The notes beneath the pieces were generated by a model, which was not told the DNA's origin, ran no database searches, and was given only the letters and a program-made list of their open reading frames with translations. From positions 54,891-118,890 of the forward strand of contig JAKLDJ010000001.1 in NCBI GenBank assembly GCA_022703585.1: a stretch of DNA of 64,000 nucleotides, read 5' to 3'. Position numbers and translations under genes: made by a program. How positions within the stretch are numbered: the stretch's first letter is position 1; each line of letters opens with the position of its first letter. The DNA comes from Candidatus Omnitrophota bacterium. GTDB lineage: Bacteria; Omnitrophota; Gorgyraeia; Zapsychrales; JAKLDJ01. This document shows positions 47,567 to 57,144 of this stretch, one piece after another.

Positions 47567-48826
47567 CTATCGTATCATGAGATTCATCTTAAAGATCGGC
47601 AGCAGCATGGCAACCACGATAAAGGCCACAACCGAGCCGACCACGATAATCATCACCGGCTCCAGAAGAGAAGTCACCGTCTTAACCATCCGGTCGGATT
47701 CCCTTTCATAAGCATCGGCGATCTTGTATAAGGCCTGCTCCAGGTGCCCGGATTCCTCCCCTACCATCACCATATTAACGGCTGTTTCGGGAAAATATTT
47801 ACATTTCTTAAGCGCCGCTGTCAGGCTGTCGCCGCCGGCAACGTCTGCCGACAGCTTCTTGACTTCTCCTTTTAAGGCCTCGTTATCCAGAACCGCCCAG
47901 ACCGAATCCAAAGCCGAGACAATGACCACCCCGCCGTCTAAAAGGGTCCCCAGGCTTCTGGCTAAACGTCCCATTTCCGAATCCCTTATAAAACTTCCCA
48001 CCAAGGGAATCTTTAATTTAAGAGTATCCCATTTTAATTTGCCTGAAGGTGAACTGCAAAATCTTTTAAAATAAAAAAACAGCAGGTAGGCAAGGCCAAA
48101 GACCAGCCACCAAAAACGGCTTAGGAAATTACTGACCGCCATCAAAATAAGAGTCAGTAACGGCAGCGTCTCGGATAGGTCTTCAAACATCACCGTGATG
48201 CGAGGAATGACAAAGGTCAGTAAAACAAAAATCGTAATAACACCCACAATAAAAATAAGAGCCGGGTAAGCTAAGCTGGAACGTATTTTGCTTCGTGTCT
48301 CGAGGTCTTTCTCGGAAAAATCCGCCAGGCGATTCAAGACGGTATCCAGGTTGCCGCTGATTTCCCCGGCACGAACCATGTTCACGTACAACGGCGAAAA
48401 AACCTGCGGATGCCGGCTTAGGGCCTGAGAAAATGTACCGCCGTCCTGCACGAAGGTTTCTATCTGATGAATCATTTCCTTAAAATGAGGATTTTTCCCT
48501 TGATTCGATATGATGCGTAGTGCCCTCAGCAGAGGCACGCCCGCCCCCACCAGATCGGCGACCTGCCGGGTAAACAATCCGACCTCCGCAGGGTTAACAA
48601 AACTGTGAAAACTCAAGAAGGCGAAAGAAGGCAGTTTGGGCTTAGGGGGAAGTTTTACTTCTTTGGCAGTCGCAAGCGAAATATCAATCGGAACGTATCC
48701 GAGTTTTGTTATTTTATCGAGGGCGCTGTCCAGATTTTCTGCCTCGATAGTACCGTCGAGAATATCGACGGGGCCTTTCTTGGCCTTATAAATAAAAAGG
48801 GGCATATTTGATGGTGATTTTAACAC
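47567..48826 (-). CDS. gspF: Type II secretion / type IV pilus platform protein (GspF/PilC family)
   Basis: Two T2SSF repeats and three TM segments. 419 aa. Confidence 0.9.
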   Translation of the reverse strand: MLKSPSNMPLFIYKAKKGPVDILDGTIEAENLDSALDKITKLGYVPIDISLATAKEVKLPPKPKLPSFAFLSFHSFVNPAEVGLFTRQVADLVGAGVPLLRALRIISNQGKNPHFKEMIHQIETFVQDGGTFSQALSRHPQVFSPLYVNMVRAGEISGNLDTVLNRLADFSEKDLETRSKIRSSLAYPALIFIVGVITIFVLLTFVIPRITVMFEDLSETLPLLTLILMAVSNFLSRFWWLVFGLAYLLFFYFKRFCSSPSGKLKWDTLKLKIPLVGSFIRDSEMGRLARSLGTLLDGGVVIVSALDSVWAVLDNEALKGEVKKLSADVAGGDSLTAALKKCKYFPETAVNMVMVGEESGHLEQALYKIADAYERESDRMVKTVTSLLEPVMIIVVGSVVAFIVVAMLLPIFKMNLMIR

Positions 48827-48970
48827 ACCCCCGAACCTATTTCAAGGCAAAGCTACGGATGATGCATGAGAATAGAGTTAAAACAATGATTTGCGTAAGA
48901 ATAACTTTGGGTGATTTTAAGAAGAGGCCTCGAGGGACATTCAAATCATACCACTGGAGGGAAATTGTTT

Positions 48971-49324
48971 TTATTTGTAGGCGATTGTCTTTTTGACATA
49001 CTGCGAAGACTGGAGCACAAAAACTTTATCGCCCAGAACAACATACTGGCTGCCAACAACCTTGTAGAGAACTTTGTCTTTGCGCTGGCGGGTGTTTCGG
49101 TTACGGATAATAAAAGTCTGGGGAGGGGCGCCTTCCTTTTTCTTCTGATTAAGGAAAAGCTCCAGGTCAAAGGGATCAGTAAACTCCAGGATTTCTTTAA
49201 CCGCATAGACGGTCTTTTTCTCGAGCTCCTGGACCGCACCCGTATTCTCCATAAGCTCTGAAGAAAAAAGCTCTGTCCTTTTTTTGTCCTTAGAAACACT
49301 GTTGCGGAATAACAATTCGTGCAT
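48971..49324 (-). CDS. Hypothetical 117-aa protein, first gene downstream of the riboswitch
   Basis: GGAGGA RBS 5 nt before ATG. No recognised domain. Confidence 0.5.
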   Translation of the reverse strand: MHELLFRNSVSKDKKRTELFSSELMENTGAVQELEKKTVYAVKEILEFTDPFDLELFLNQKKKEGAPPQTFIIRNRNTRQRKDKVLYKVVGSQYVVLGDKVFVLQSSQYVKKTIAYK

Positions 49325-49341
49325 ATCTTCCTCCGCTCAAT

Positions 49342-49492
49342 AAAAAAACCTATCCGCAAAAATACTTAAGGATAGGTTTTAAAAACCCTGCGCCTAGATT
49401 CGGCAGCCAGACTGTCCCACACCCGGCTGGTGAGGTGTGGGATTCTTAGCTTTGCGTCCTATCCTTACGAATAGTTTGCCTTTTCGTCTAAC
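49342..49492 (-). promoter_or_regulatory. c-di-GMP-I (GEMM) type riboswitch aptamer plus intrinsic terminator
   Basis: Sense strand: ...gacgaaaaGGCAAACtattcGTAAggataGGACGCAAAGCtaag...cccacacc/ggtgtggg hairpin...ctggctgccgaatc. Matches the GEMM consensus (GCAAAC, GNRA loop, GGACGCAAAGC). Followed by cctatcc...ggatagg hairpin plus T7 and then the RBS. Confidence 0.65.
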
Positions 49493-49650
49493 TAAAATCG
49501 TACGAAAGAGCTTCTGTCTTAGCTACACTCTAAATATAACACTTATATAGTCATAAACAAGGGGTTGGAGGCGGTTTTGGGAAAGCGGTTTCTTTGAAGG
49601 GCAATTTTTGTACATTTTGGCTCAAGCGAAGGAGTGTTTTTGGAAAGAAA

Positions 49651-49694
49651 GAAAATCAAAGGGCGGCCCCCGCACGCCGCGCGGGGGCCGCCCC
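49651..49694 (-). terminator. Rho-independent terminator after gspE
   Basis: 13-bp GC stem gggcggcccccgc/gcgggggccgccc with T-rich tail on the minus strand. Confidence 0.65.
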
Positions 49695-49723
49695 TATTTA
49701 GCTTTATTGAAAAATCCCCTAAC

Positions 49724-51424
49724 CTATACCGCCTCTTCCTGAGTTACCCGCATAACCTCGCCGGGTGTGGTAATTCCATTCTTTATTTTTTCCCAGCCGT
49801 CCTGGCGTAATGTCCTCATTCCTGCCTGGATGGCCTTATTCTTGATTTGCTGGGCCGTGGCACGATTTAGAATCATATCTCGGATCTCTTCATTTAAGAC
49901 CAGAAATTCATAAATCCCCTCACGGCCCCGATACCCTGTAAATTTACAAGCCTCACACCCTTTGCCTTCATAAAATACAATTTGAGAAACTTCTTGTTCG
50001 TTAAGCCCAAAGTCTTTGGCCATATCAACCGCTGCCTTGACAGGCTGTTTGCATCGCGGGCATATAATACGCACTAGTCTCTGAGCGATAAAACATTCCA
50101 CCGAACTCGAGACAAGATACGGCTCCACCCCCATATCGATAAGCCTCACCACACCGCTGGCGGCATCGTTGGTATGCAGTGTCGAAAAAACCAGATGCCC
50201 GGTCAGGGCAACTTGAATAGCGATCTCTGCCGTTTCAAAATCCCTGACCTCTCCCACCATCATGATGTCGGGATCGTGCCGCAGCATGGAGCGCAATCCG
50301 GCTGCAAAAGTAAGGCCGATACGCGGGTTAATTTGAATTTGCGTTACCCCGCCTAACTGATATTCAATGGGGTCTTCAATGGTAATGATCTTCCGGTCGA
50401 CTTTATTTACCCGTGAAAGACAGGCATACAGTGTCGTCGTCTTACCGCTGCCGGTAGGGCCGGTAACAAAAACGACTCCGTGTGGTTTCTTAATAAGCAT
50501 ATCAAGAATATTCAAATCACGCCTGGACAATCCCAGCTCTTCAAAGCTGTAAAGCTTTGCGGCGCTTAGAATCCTGATTACCACGCTCTCGCCGTAAACC
50601 GTAGGAAGAAAGGAGATCCTTAAATCAAGATCAATATCCCCGACTCTAACCTTAAAACGTCCGTCCTGGGGAAGGCGTTTCTCAGCGATGTTTAAGTTCG
50701 CCATAATTTTAATGCGCGAATTAATTGAATCCTTAAAATGCTTAATCGTGGGCGGGACTTTAGCATCATATAAAATACCGTCAATCCGGTAGCGGATTTT
50801 TAATTCGTCCTCAAAAGGCTCAATATGAATATCCGTTGCCCTGTCTTTGTAAGCCTCTAGGAGGATCTGGTTGACAAATTTACCGATGGAAGCCTCGGAA
50901 TCTATTTCCTCAATATCCTCGACGCGCATCTCCTCTTTTGTGCGCACCCCCACCGTATCCATCATCTTCTCAATTGTTTCGGCTCCAACCCCATAGTATT
51001 TGCGCACGGCCTCCATGATATCTTTTTCGCTGGCCAAAACGGACTTGAGTCTTGATTTAACCACCAAACCGATATCATCCAGGACATGGATATCCAGCGG
51101 CCTGGTTAAAGCGACGGTCAAGGTTTCATTTTTGTAGTCAATGGGCATAATGCGATAATGATAGGCAAATTTGGCAGGGATTTTATTGATAGCCTCGGGG
51201 GGCACACGGACTTCCTTAAGATTGACAAACTCAACACCCAGCTGCTCCGCCAGGATCGGCAGATAGACCGTCTCTTCGTTTACAAGCCCCAGACGCAACA
51301 GCGTAATCCCCAGCATCTCTCCGGTCTTCTGCTGTTCTTTAAGGGCGGTTTGCAATTGCTGCTCGGTAATAACTTTCTTATCAACCAACAATTGGCCTAA
51401 GAAACTTTTGGATTTCGTTTTCAT
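49724..51424 (-). CDS. gspE: Type II secretion / type IV pilus assembly ATPase (GspE/PilB family)
   Basis: N-terminal T2SSE_N domain, Walker A GPTGSGKTTT, Asp/His boxes, C-terminal tetracysteine CPRC...CEAC. Confidence 0.9.
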   Translation of the reverse strand: MKTKSKSFLGQLLVDKKVITEQQLQTALKEQQKTGEMLGITLLRLGLVNEETVYLPILAEQLGVEFVNLKEVRVPPEAINKIPAKFAYHYRIMPIDYKNETLTVALTRPLDIHVLDDIGLVVKSRLKSVLASEKDIMEAVRKYYGVGAETIEKMMDTVGVRTKEEMRVEDIEEIDSEASIGKFVNQILLEAYKDRATDIHIEPFEDELKIRYRIDGILYDAKVPPTIKHFKDSINSRIKIMANLNIAEKRLPQDGRFKVRVGDIDLDLRISFLPTVYGESVVIRILSAAKLYSFEELGLSRRDLNILDMLIKKPHGVVFVTGPTGSGKTTTLYACLSRVNKVDRKIITIEDPIEYQLGGVTQIQINPRIGLTFAAGLRSMLRHDPDIMMVGEVRDFETAEIAIQVALTGHLVFSTLHTNDAASGVVRLIDMGVEPYLVSSSVECFIAQRLVRIICPRCKQPVKAAVDMAKDFGLNEQEVSQIVFYEGKGCEACKFTGYRGREGIYEFLVLNEEIRDMILNRATAQQIKNKAIQAGMRTLRQDGWEKIKNGITTPGEVMRVTQEEAV

Positions 51425-51448
51425 TTTAATTTTAAAAAGGAGTTCTGG

Positions 51449-51997
51449 CTACTTATTGATGACAACGCGGTAATAATTGTTCTTAAAGTCATCAAGTTTC
51501 TTTTCGACAGGATTAACGTAGGAAATAAGGTCAAGGGTGCTGACGACGGTGACATCGGCAATCTTAGATTCCCCTTCATAGACACCTAAAGCGCTCCCGG
51601 GCCGCAGGCCGTTGACGGCGCCGAGATTAACCATCATCGAGGAGCTTTTGCGGTCAACCCAGAAAACACCTTCTTTGCGGTTCATCTCCTGCTTACCGTA
51701 GATACTCTCTGCCCTGGCAAGAAAATCCTCAAGCTTAACGGGCGTCCTTTTGACCCGCATAGCATCTTCTTCGTTTAAATTAGCGTCCGCTTTCTCGGCG
51801 ATCGAATTCGCCAGACGCACTTCCAGGGCAGCAGCCTTCTCCTGATTCTCCTGGTTAACTCCTCCTAAGAAAAAAAGAATGGCCGCCACGCATATAAACG
51901 CAACCGCCACCAAGGAAAACCCGATAATCAATTTTATTTTTATCTTGTCAGCCATCGAATGATATCCGGTTAAAATACCTAGTATCATTTTTAACAC
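51449..51997 (-). CDS. Membrane-anchored protein with C-terminal beta-domain, possible pilus/T2SS accessory (CpaB/PilP/GspC-like)
   Basis: N-terminal TM (LIIGFSLVAVAFICVAAILFFLGG). 24-bp gap to gspE on the same strand. Confidence 0.4.
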   Translation of the reverse strand: MLKMILGILTGYHSMADKIKIKLIIGFSLVAVAFICVAAILFFLGGVNQENQEKAAALEVRLANSIAEKADANLNEEDAMRVKRTPVKLEDFLARAESIYGKQEMNRKEGVFWVDRKSSSMMVNLGAVNGLRPGSALGVYEGESKIADVTVVSTLDLISYVNPVEKKLDDFKNNYYRVVINK

Positions 51998-52119
51998 GTT
52001 CGACGGGTCTTGTCAATCGCACGTAAGAAATTGTTCCCCAATACACCGCAGAGAAGAACCCGGAAGATAAACGATCCTCGCCCCCTAATAGAGTTCCAAT
52101 CGTAAAATTAAAACCGGGG

Positions 52120-52281
52120 TTATTGTTTCGGGGTTTTGGACGAGGATTTTTTATCTTTTAATGCCGCCTGGCAGCAACAGCCTTCGCAAGAAACTCCCTT
52201 GTTGCGCAACTTAAGATAAATCACAATCAGCAGAGTCACGACAACAACAGCTATAGCAATAATGGATTGAATATCGTGCAT
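52120..52281 (-). CDS. FeoB-associated Cys-rich membrane peptide (53 aa)
   Basis: MHDIQSIIAIAVVVVTLLIVIYLKLRNKGVSCEGCCCQAAL: single TM plus Cys cluster, immediately after feoB. Confidence 0.6.
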   Translation of the reverse strand: MHDIQSIIAIAVVVVTLLIVIYLKLRNKGVSCEGCCCQAALKDKKSSSKTPKQ

Positions 52282-52318
52282 ACCTTCTCCTGTCTTAAGG
52301 TCTGATACCGGCCCGGAA

Positions 52319-54433
52319 TTACTGAAACCCGAGCAATTTCCCTCCCTGAAAAATACACAGGGCAATAACGTACGCTAATCCCGTCAGGTACGCCACCTGA
52401 AATAAGGGCCAGCGCCAACTGTTAGTCTCTCGTTTGACAACAGCAATCGTGCTAATGCACTGCATGGCAAAAACATAAAACACCATCAGGCTAATGCAGG
52501 TTAGCGGCGTAAAAACCATAGCTCCGTCAGGCCAGGTAGCATTTCTAAAGGCATCGCGCAACGGTTCCGTCTGCGACGTATGCCCCTGGATATTAAAGAC
52601 GATATTCATCGTGCTGACAAACACCTCCCGGGCCGCAAACGAACCGACGAGCCCGATACCGATACGCCAATCAAAACCCAGCGGTTTAATAAGCGGCTCC
52701 AGGACTGAGCCGATCATCCCGGCAAAACTTCCTCTTAGGCTTTCAGCCGGCGACACGTCCAAGACTTTAGGATATGACATTAACGCCCACATGAGAATCG
52801 AAAAACAAAAAATGACCGTGCCCGCCCGTCTTAAGAAAATCAGGCTCCGTTCCCATATCTGCAGCACAATTGTTTTAAAAGAAGGTAGCCTGTACGGCGG
52901 CAGTTCCATGATAAAAACCGGCGTCTGGCTTTTAAGCAATGTCTTTTTGAAAAACCATGCCATGACAAACGCTCCCACCATTCCCAGTAAATACATCGCC
53001 AGCATAATGGATGCCTTTTGCCATGCGGACGCCCCAGGGATAAGCGCAGCAATCATAATCGTATAAATCGGCAGCCGCGCCGAACAGCTGAATAACGGTG
53101 CCACCAGAATCGTCACCAGCCGGTCCTTGGGGCTTTCAATAGTGCGGGCTGCCATAATCCCCGGCACCGCGCAGGCAAAAGAACTTAAGAGAGGTATAAA
53201 CGATTTCCCATGCAACCCCACCCGGCTCATCAATTTATCCATGATGAAAGCCGCACGTGCCATATATCCTGTATCCTGTAGTAAACCGATAAAGAAAAAT
53301 AAAATTAAAATCTGAGGCAAAAAGACCACCACCGCCCCCACGCCCGCAATCATTCCGTTGGCTATCAGGTCACGCAAATCCCCCGGCGGCATAGAGTTTT
53401 TGACAACATCACCCAGCCGGGCAAAAAAATGATCAATCATTTCCATCGGAAAGCTTGCTACCGAAAAGATAGTAAAAAACATAATCGCCATGAGCCCCAC
53501 AAAAATAAACCATCCCCAGATGCGGTGTGTCAGGATCGCATCCAGCCGGTCGGTCAAGGCTATCTTCTTGCTGCCCGTCTGGCGGACAATATCTTTTAAG
53601 ATTTTTTGAATCCAATCATACCGGGCCTCCACAACAGCCGAACGCCAGTTAATCCCCCATTCGGTCAAACGCCCGCGGATTTCCTTGACACATTCCTCTA
53701 TTCGTTTTTTACCGATTAACCAACCCGACTTCTTTTCATCTTCTTTCGAAATCAAAATTAATGCCTCGGCAAATGCCGTTGTTTTATCCAAATGCATACA
53801 TTCACTGATAACCCCGGCAAGACGCTCTATTTCTATTTCCATTGCTTCCGGCAGCCGCCACTGTCTCTCGGGCATAGAGTGCGACCCAGAAAGGATCGCC
53901 GTTTTTAACGCCTCGATTCCTTTGCCTTCGGTTGCAACACAAGCAATAACAGGGACTCCAAGCCCCTGCGCAAGACGCGTCGCATCGATCTCCTTACCCT
54001 GTTGCGCTGCCGTATCCATCATATTGAGCACAACTACCATCGGCAGCCGCAAGTCCTGAATCTGATTAACAAGATAAAGATTGCGCTCAAGATTGCTCGC
54101 ATCCACGATGCAAACAACCATATCCGGCTGCGGCGTATCTTTCATGCGCCCCAAAAGGATATCACGGGCCACCCTCTCGTCAGGAGAACGCACCGCGAGG
54201 CTGTAAGTCCCGGGCAAATCCAAGACGTAAACTTCCCTTTCCCCAGAAACAATCATCCTCCCTATCTTCTTCTCAACCGTAACACCAGGGTAATTACCCA
54301 CCTTTTGGCGTAAATTCGTCAAGGCGTTAAAGACAGTCGTTTTTCCTGAGTTGGGATTTCCCGCCAGGGCGATCATCTTGAGTTCCTTCGTATCCTCGGC
54401 AGAAGATTTAAATATCATAGTTTCTTCAGGCAT
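52319..54433 (-). CDS. feoB: Ferrous iron transporter FeoB
   Basis: N-terminal G-domain (GNPNSGKTTVFNALT, DLPG), C-terminal polytopic membrane domain. 704 aa. Confidence 0.9.
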   Translation of the reverse strand: MPEETMIFKSSAEDTKELKMIALAGNPNSGKTTVFNALTNLRQKVGNYPGVTVEKKIGRMIVSGEREVYVLDLPGTYSLAVRSPDERVARDILLGRMKDTPQPDMVVCIVDASNLERNLYLVNQIQDLRLPMVVVLNMMDTAAQQGKEIDATRLAQGLGVPVIACVATEGKGIEALKTAILSGSHSMPERQWRLPEAMEIEIERLAGVISECMHLDKTTAFAEALILISKEDEKKSGWLIGKKRIEECVKEIRGRLTEWGINWRSAVVEARYDWIQKILKDIVRQTGSKKIALTDRLDAILTHRIWGWFIFVGLMAIMFFTIFSVASFPMEMIDHFFARLGDVVKNSMPPGDLRDLIANGMIAGVGAVVVFLPQILILFFFIGLLQDTGYMARAAFIMDKLMSRVGLHGKSFIPLLSSFACAVPGIMAARTIESPKDRLVTILVAPLFSCSARLPIYTIMIAALIPGASAWQKASIMLAMYLLGMVGAFVMAWFFKKTLLKSQTPVFIMELPPYRLPSFKTIVLQIWERSLIFLRRAGTVIFCFSILMWALMSYPKVLDVSPAESLRGSFAGMIGSVLEPLIKPLGFDWRIGIGLVGSFAAREVFVSTMNIVFNIQGHTSQTEPLRDAFRNATWPDGAMVFTPLTCISLMVFYVFAMQCISTIAVVKRETNSWRWPLFQVAYLTGLAYVIALCIFQGGKLLGFQ

Positions 54434-54462
54434 AAATTATTTTCTCTATATTTCGCTTAAGA

Positions 54463-54702
54463 TCATTTTGTTTTCAATGATACTTCCACGCTCGCGGCTT
54501 CCCGGCGCCGCAAAGACAAGTGATACCCTCTCACCTTGATGTCAATAGGGTCTCCCATGGGCGCAAAACGTATGACCTCAACCGTCGCTCCGGGCGTAAG
54601 GCCCATTTCAAGTAAACGCTGTGATACGTGGGCATTCCCGCTGATTCGCCGTACTTCACCGCATTGCCCTACCGCTAATTTATCCAAAGGAATATCGTTC
54701 AT
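54463..54702 (-). CDS. feoA: FeoA family protein
   Basis: SH3-like FeoA domain (MNDIPLDKLAVGQCGEVRRI...). The track ORF starts at a TTG further upstream. Confidence 0.8.
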   Translation of the reverse strand: MNDIPLDKLAVGQCGEVRRISGNAHVSQRLLEMGLTPGATVEVIRFAPMGDPIDIKVRGYHLSLRRREAASVEVSLKTK

Positions 54703-54751
54703 TTCTAAATAACCTTTCTCCCAGCTGCTGTCGTCAAACAAAATTGAGAAA

Positions 54752-55219
54752 TTAACCTGCCGTGTCTTTGCACAAACGGCAATACCCGTTAACCGTATTT
54801 ATCCTTCGCACCGCCAAAAATTGTTCCTTCCGGCAGATCCTAGTTTGTATCCCGATTAAATCGGGTGAATAAAATTCAACGATCTTCCCGCATCGCAAGC
54901 AACGCAAGTGATCATGATCCCTGTGGCCCAAGGTGTGCTCGTAAACAATCGATCCCACTCCCGCGATAGATTCACGCAAAAGACCGGCATCCATAAGAAA
55001 CGGCAGCGCCCGATAAACGGAAGTCTTGGCAATCCTTGCCTTCGGGTTATGCCGGCGGATATTTCGAAGCAAATCATCGACCGCAAAATGCCCCTCGAGA
55101 CGATACAGGGCCTTAATCATAGTCTCACGCTCAAGCGTGTAGCGCATCTGCTTTTTCTTGCAATAGTCTTTAAATATCGTAAGCGCCTGGTCGGTTTCTT
55201 TTAAATAGTTTCCGGGCAT
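54752..55219 (-). CDS. fur: Fur family transcriptional regulator
   Basis: HTH region plus metal-site motifs HHDHLxC...C. Confidence 0.85.
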   Translation of the reverse strand: MPGNYLKETDQALTIFKDYCKKKQMRYTLERETMIKALYRLEGHFAVDDLLRNIRRHNPKARIAKTSVYRALPFLMDAGLLRESIAGVGSIVYEHTLGHRDHDHLRCLRCGKIVEFYSPDLIGIQTRICRKEQFLAVRRINTVNGYCRLCKDTAG

Positions 55220-55233
55220 AAACAGCCTCTTTT

Positions 55234-55258
55234 CTTATTGCATCTTAGTTGCAATAAG
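55234..55258 (-). promoter_or_regulatory. AT-rich perfect inverted repeat (cttattgca-N7-tgcaataag), candidate Fur box upstream of fur-feoAB
   Basis: Palindrome directly 5' of the fur RBS. Resembles AT-rich Fur-box hexamer arrays. Confidence 0.35.
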
Positions 55259-55330
55259 AATACACCGTAAACAACCCTGTGTCAATGACTTTTAAGAGAG
55301 GTAAACAGAAGAGATAACGGGAAGGAGAAT

Positions 55331-56605
55331 CTATTTTCTTCCGAGCAATTCAAACATCTTTTTCTTATACGCCTCGACCCCGGGTTGGTCAAAAGGATTA
55401 ACGCCCAGAAGATAACCGGAAATCGCAACAGCCTTTTCAAAAAAATAATACAGCTGGCCCAAAGTCGTAGCGCTAATATCGCTAACCGTAATCGTCATAT
55501 TCGACACCCCGCCCTCATAATGGGCCATGGCTGTTGCCCGATAGGCTTGCTTATTGACAAAATCCAGATCCTTCGCGGCGACACAATTAAAGTTATCCAG
55601 GTTATCCTTATCCGAAGGAATAGTAAGCTTATATTTCGGTTTATCGACGATAAGAAAGGTCTCGAAAACATTCCTCACCCCGTCCTGCATCAATTGCCCC
55701 ATGGAATGAAGGTCAGCCGTGAGATTTAAAGAAGCCGGGAAAATGCCTTGGCCGTTTTTACCTTCGCTTTCTCCAAAGAGCTGCTTCCACCACTCGGCAA
55801 CATAAAACATATTCGGATAAAAAGACGACAAAACCTCAATAGCCTTTCCCTTTTTGTAAAGCAGATATCGCGCGGCCGCGTACTGGTAAGCAATATTCTT
55901 TTCCAAATCCATCTTGGAGAATTCCGATTGCGCTAAGCGAGCGCCGGCAATCAGCGCTTTTACATCAACCCCGGCAATACTTAACGGCACCAGCCCCACG
56001 GGTGTTAAAACCGAAAATCTTCCGCCCACATCGTCGGGAATAATAAAAGTTTGGTAGCCTTCTTTTTCGGCTATCTTACGCAGCGCCCCCTTTTTCTCAT
56101 CGGTGACGCAGATAATGCGCTTCTTTAATTCCTTGGCGGAATATTTCTTGTGCATGAATTTCTTAATGATGCGAAATGCTACAGCCGGCTCCGTGGTTGT
56201 TCCGGATTTAGAAATCACGACCACGGTTACTTTTTTGCTTTTTAAATCATCCAGCAAATCATGCAAACCGTCACTGCTTAAGTTTTGTCCGGCGTAATAA
56301 ACGGGAAACTTTCTGTCCGTTCCCAAGAATTCAATGGTAGCCCGGATCCCTAAATAAGAACCACCGATGCCGATACTCACCAGGCAATCCGAATTCTTCC
56401 TTACCTCCCGCCCTAATTTCGTGACGTCGGCCAAGAAAGAATCTTTAATTCTTCCGGGCAAATCCACCCATCCGGTAAATTCGGCTCCCGGACCATTTCG
56501 CTTTTCAATGGCCTCATGGGCTTTTTGAATTTCAAGAATAAGTGCTTTGAACTCCGCCTCATCGACAAAACCCTTTAAATTATCTCTATTAAACGTGATA
56601 TTCAT
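55331..56605 (-). CDS. pgi: Glucose-6-phosphate isomerase
   Basis: GGRFSVLTPVGL (PGI signature 1) and the C-terminal sugar-isomerase domain. Confidence 0.85.
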   Translation of the reverse strand: MNITFNRDNLKGFVDEAEFKALILEIQKAHEAIEKRNGPGAEFTGWVDLPGRIKDSFLADVTKLGREVRKNSDCLVSIGIGGSYLGIRATIEFLGTDRKFPVYYAGQNLSSDGLHDLLDDLKSKKVTVVVISKSGTTTEPAVAFRIIKKFMHKKYSAKELKKRIICVTDEKKGALRKIAEKEGYQTFIIPDDVGGRFSVLTPVGLVPLSIAGVDVKALIAGARLAQSEFSKMDLEKNIAYQYAAARYLLYKKGKAIEVLSSFYPNMFYVAEWWKQLFGESEGKNGQGIFPASLNLTADLHSMGQLMQDGVRNVFETFLIVDKPKYKLTIPSDKDNLDNFNCVAAKDLDFVNKQAYRATAMAHYEGGVSNMTITVSDISATTLGQLYYFFEKAVAISGYLLGVNPFDQPGVEAYKKKMFELLGRK

Positions 56606-56635
56606 TTAAATTTAAGCCCCTTTTACAAAAAGAAT

Positions 56636-57115
56636 TTAACGGTTGATCTCTTCAATACTTTCGCGCACCGCCGCATAAAAATACATAATAACATCTCTTC
56701 GTCCTAAAACACCAATCAGCGCCCCCTCTTTAACAACCGGCAGCGTATGGATTTTCTTAGTGCACATCATATTGACCGCATCCAAAAGAGTGGCTTCTTC
56801 GGCAATCGTGCTGACGTTCTTAGTCATAACCGCCTTAACGGATAAATCCTTACGAAGAGACTGATTGTCATGCACAAACGACCCGTCTTTAATTTTTCCC
56901 ATCAGGTTTAACAAATCGGTTATGGTAACAATGCCCGTCATTTCTCCGACACCATTTAAAACCGGCGCTCCGCTGATCTTTGTGCGGATCAACAAATCCG
57001 CCAGGCTGGAAAGCGTTTCATCTTCACGCATGGTGATAACCGAACGGGTCATGATATTTTTGACTTTAATTCTCTTGAGTTTCTCGGATATTCTTTCTTC
57101 AACTGTAGGAGTCAT
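56636..57115 (-). CDS. CBS domain pair protein
   Basis: Two CBS motifs (IMTRSVITM..., VMTKNVSTI...). Confidence 0.75.
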   Translation of the reverse strand: MTPTVEERISEKLKRIKVKNIMTRSVITMREDETLSSLADLLIRTKISGAPVLNGVGEMTGIVTITDLLNLMGKIKDGSFVHDNQSLRKDLSVKAVMTKNVSTIAEEATLLDAVNMMCTKKIHTLPVVKEGALIGVLGRRDVIMYFYAAVRESIEEINR

Positions 57116-57144
57116 GGCAAAGCCTCGTTTTAAGAATAATTTGG

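Noticed and set aside
49380-49560. Considered RNase P RNA, tmRNA, 6S or SRP RNA for this structured intergenic region
   Set aside because: None of their conserved blocks is present (GGAAAGUCCGG for RNase P, a tRNA-like CCA end for tmRNA, the SRP domain IV motif). The region instead matches the GEMM core.
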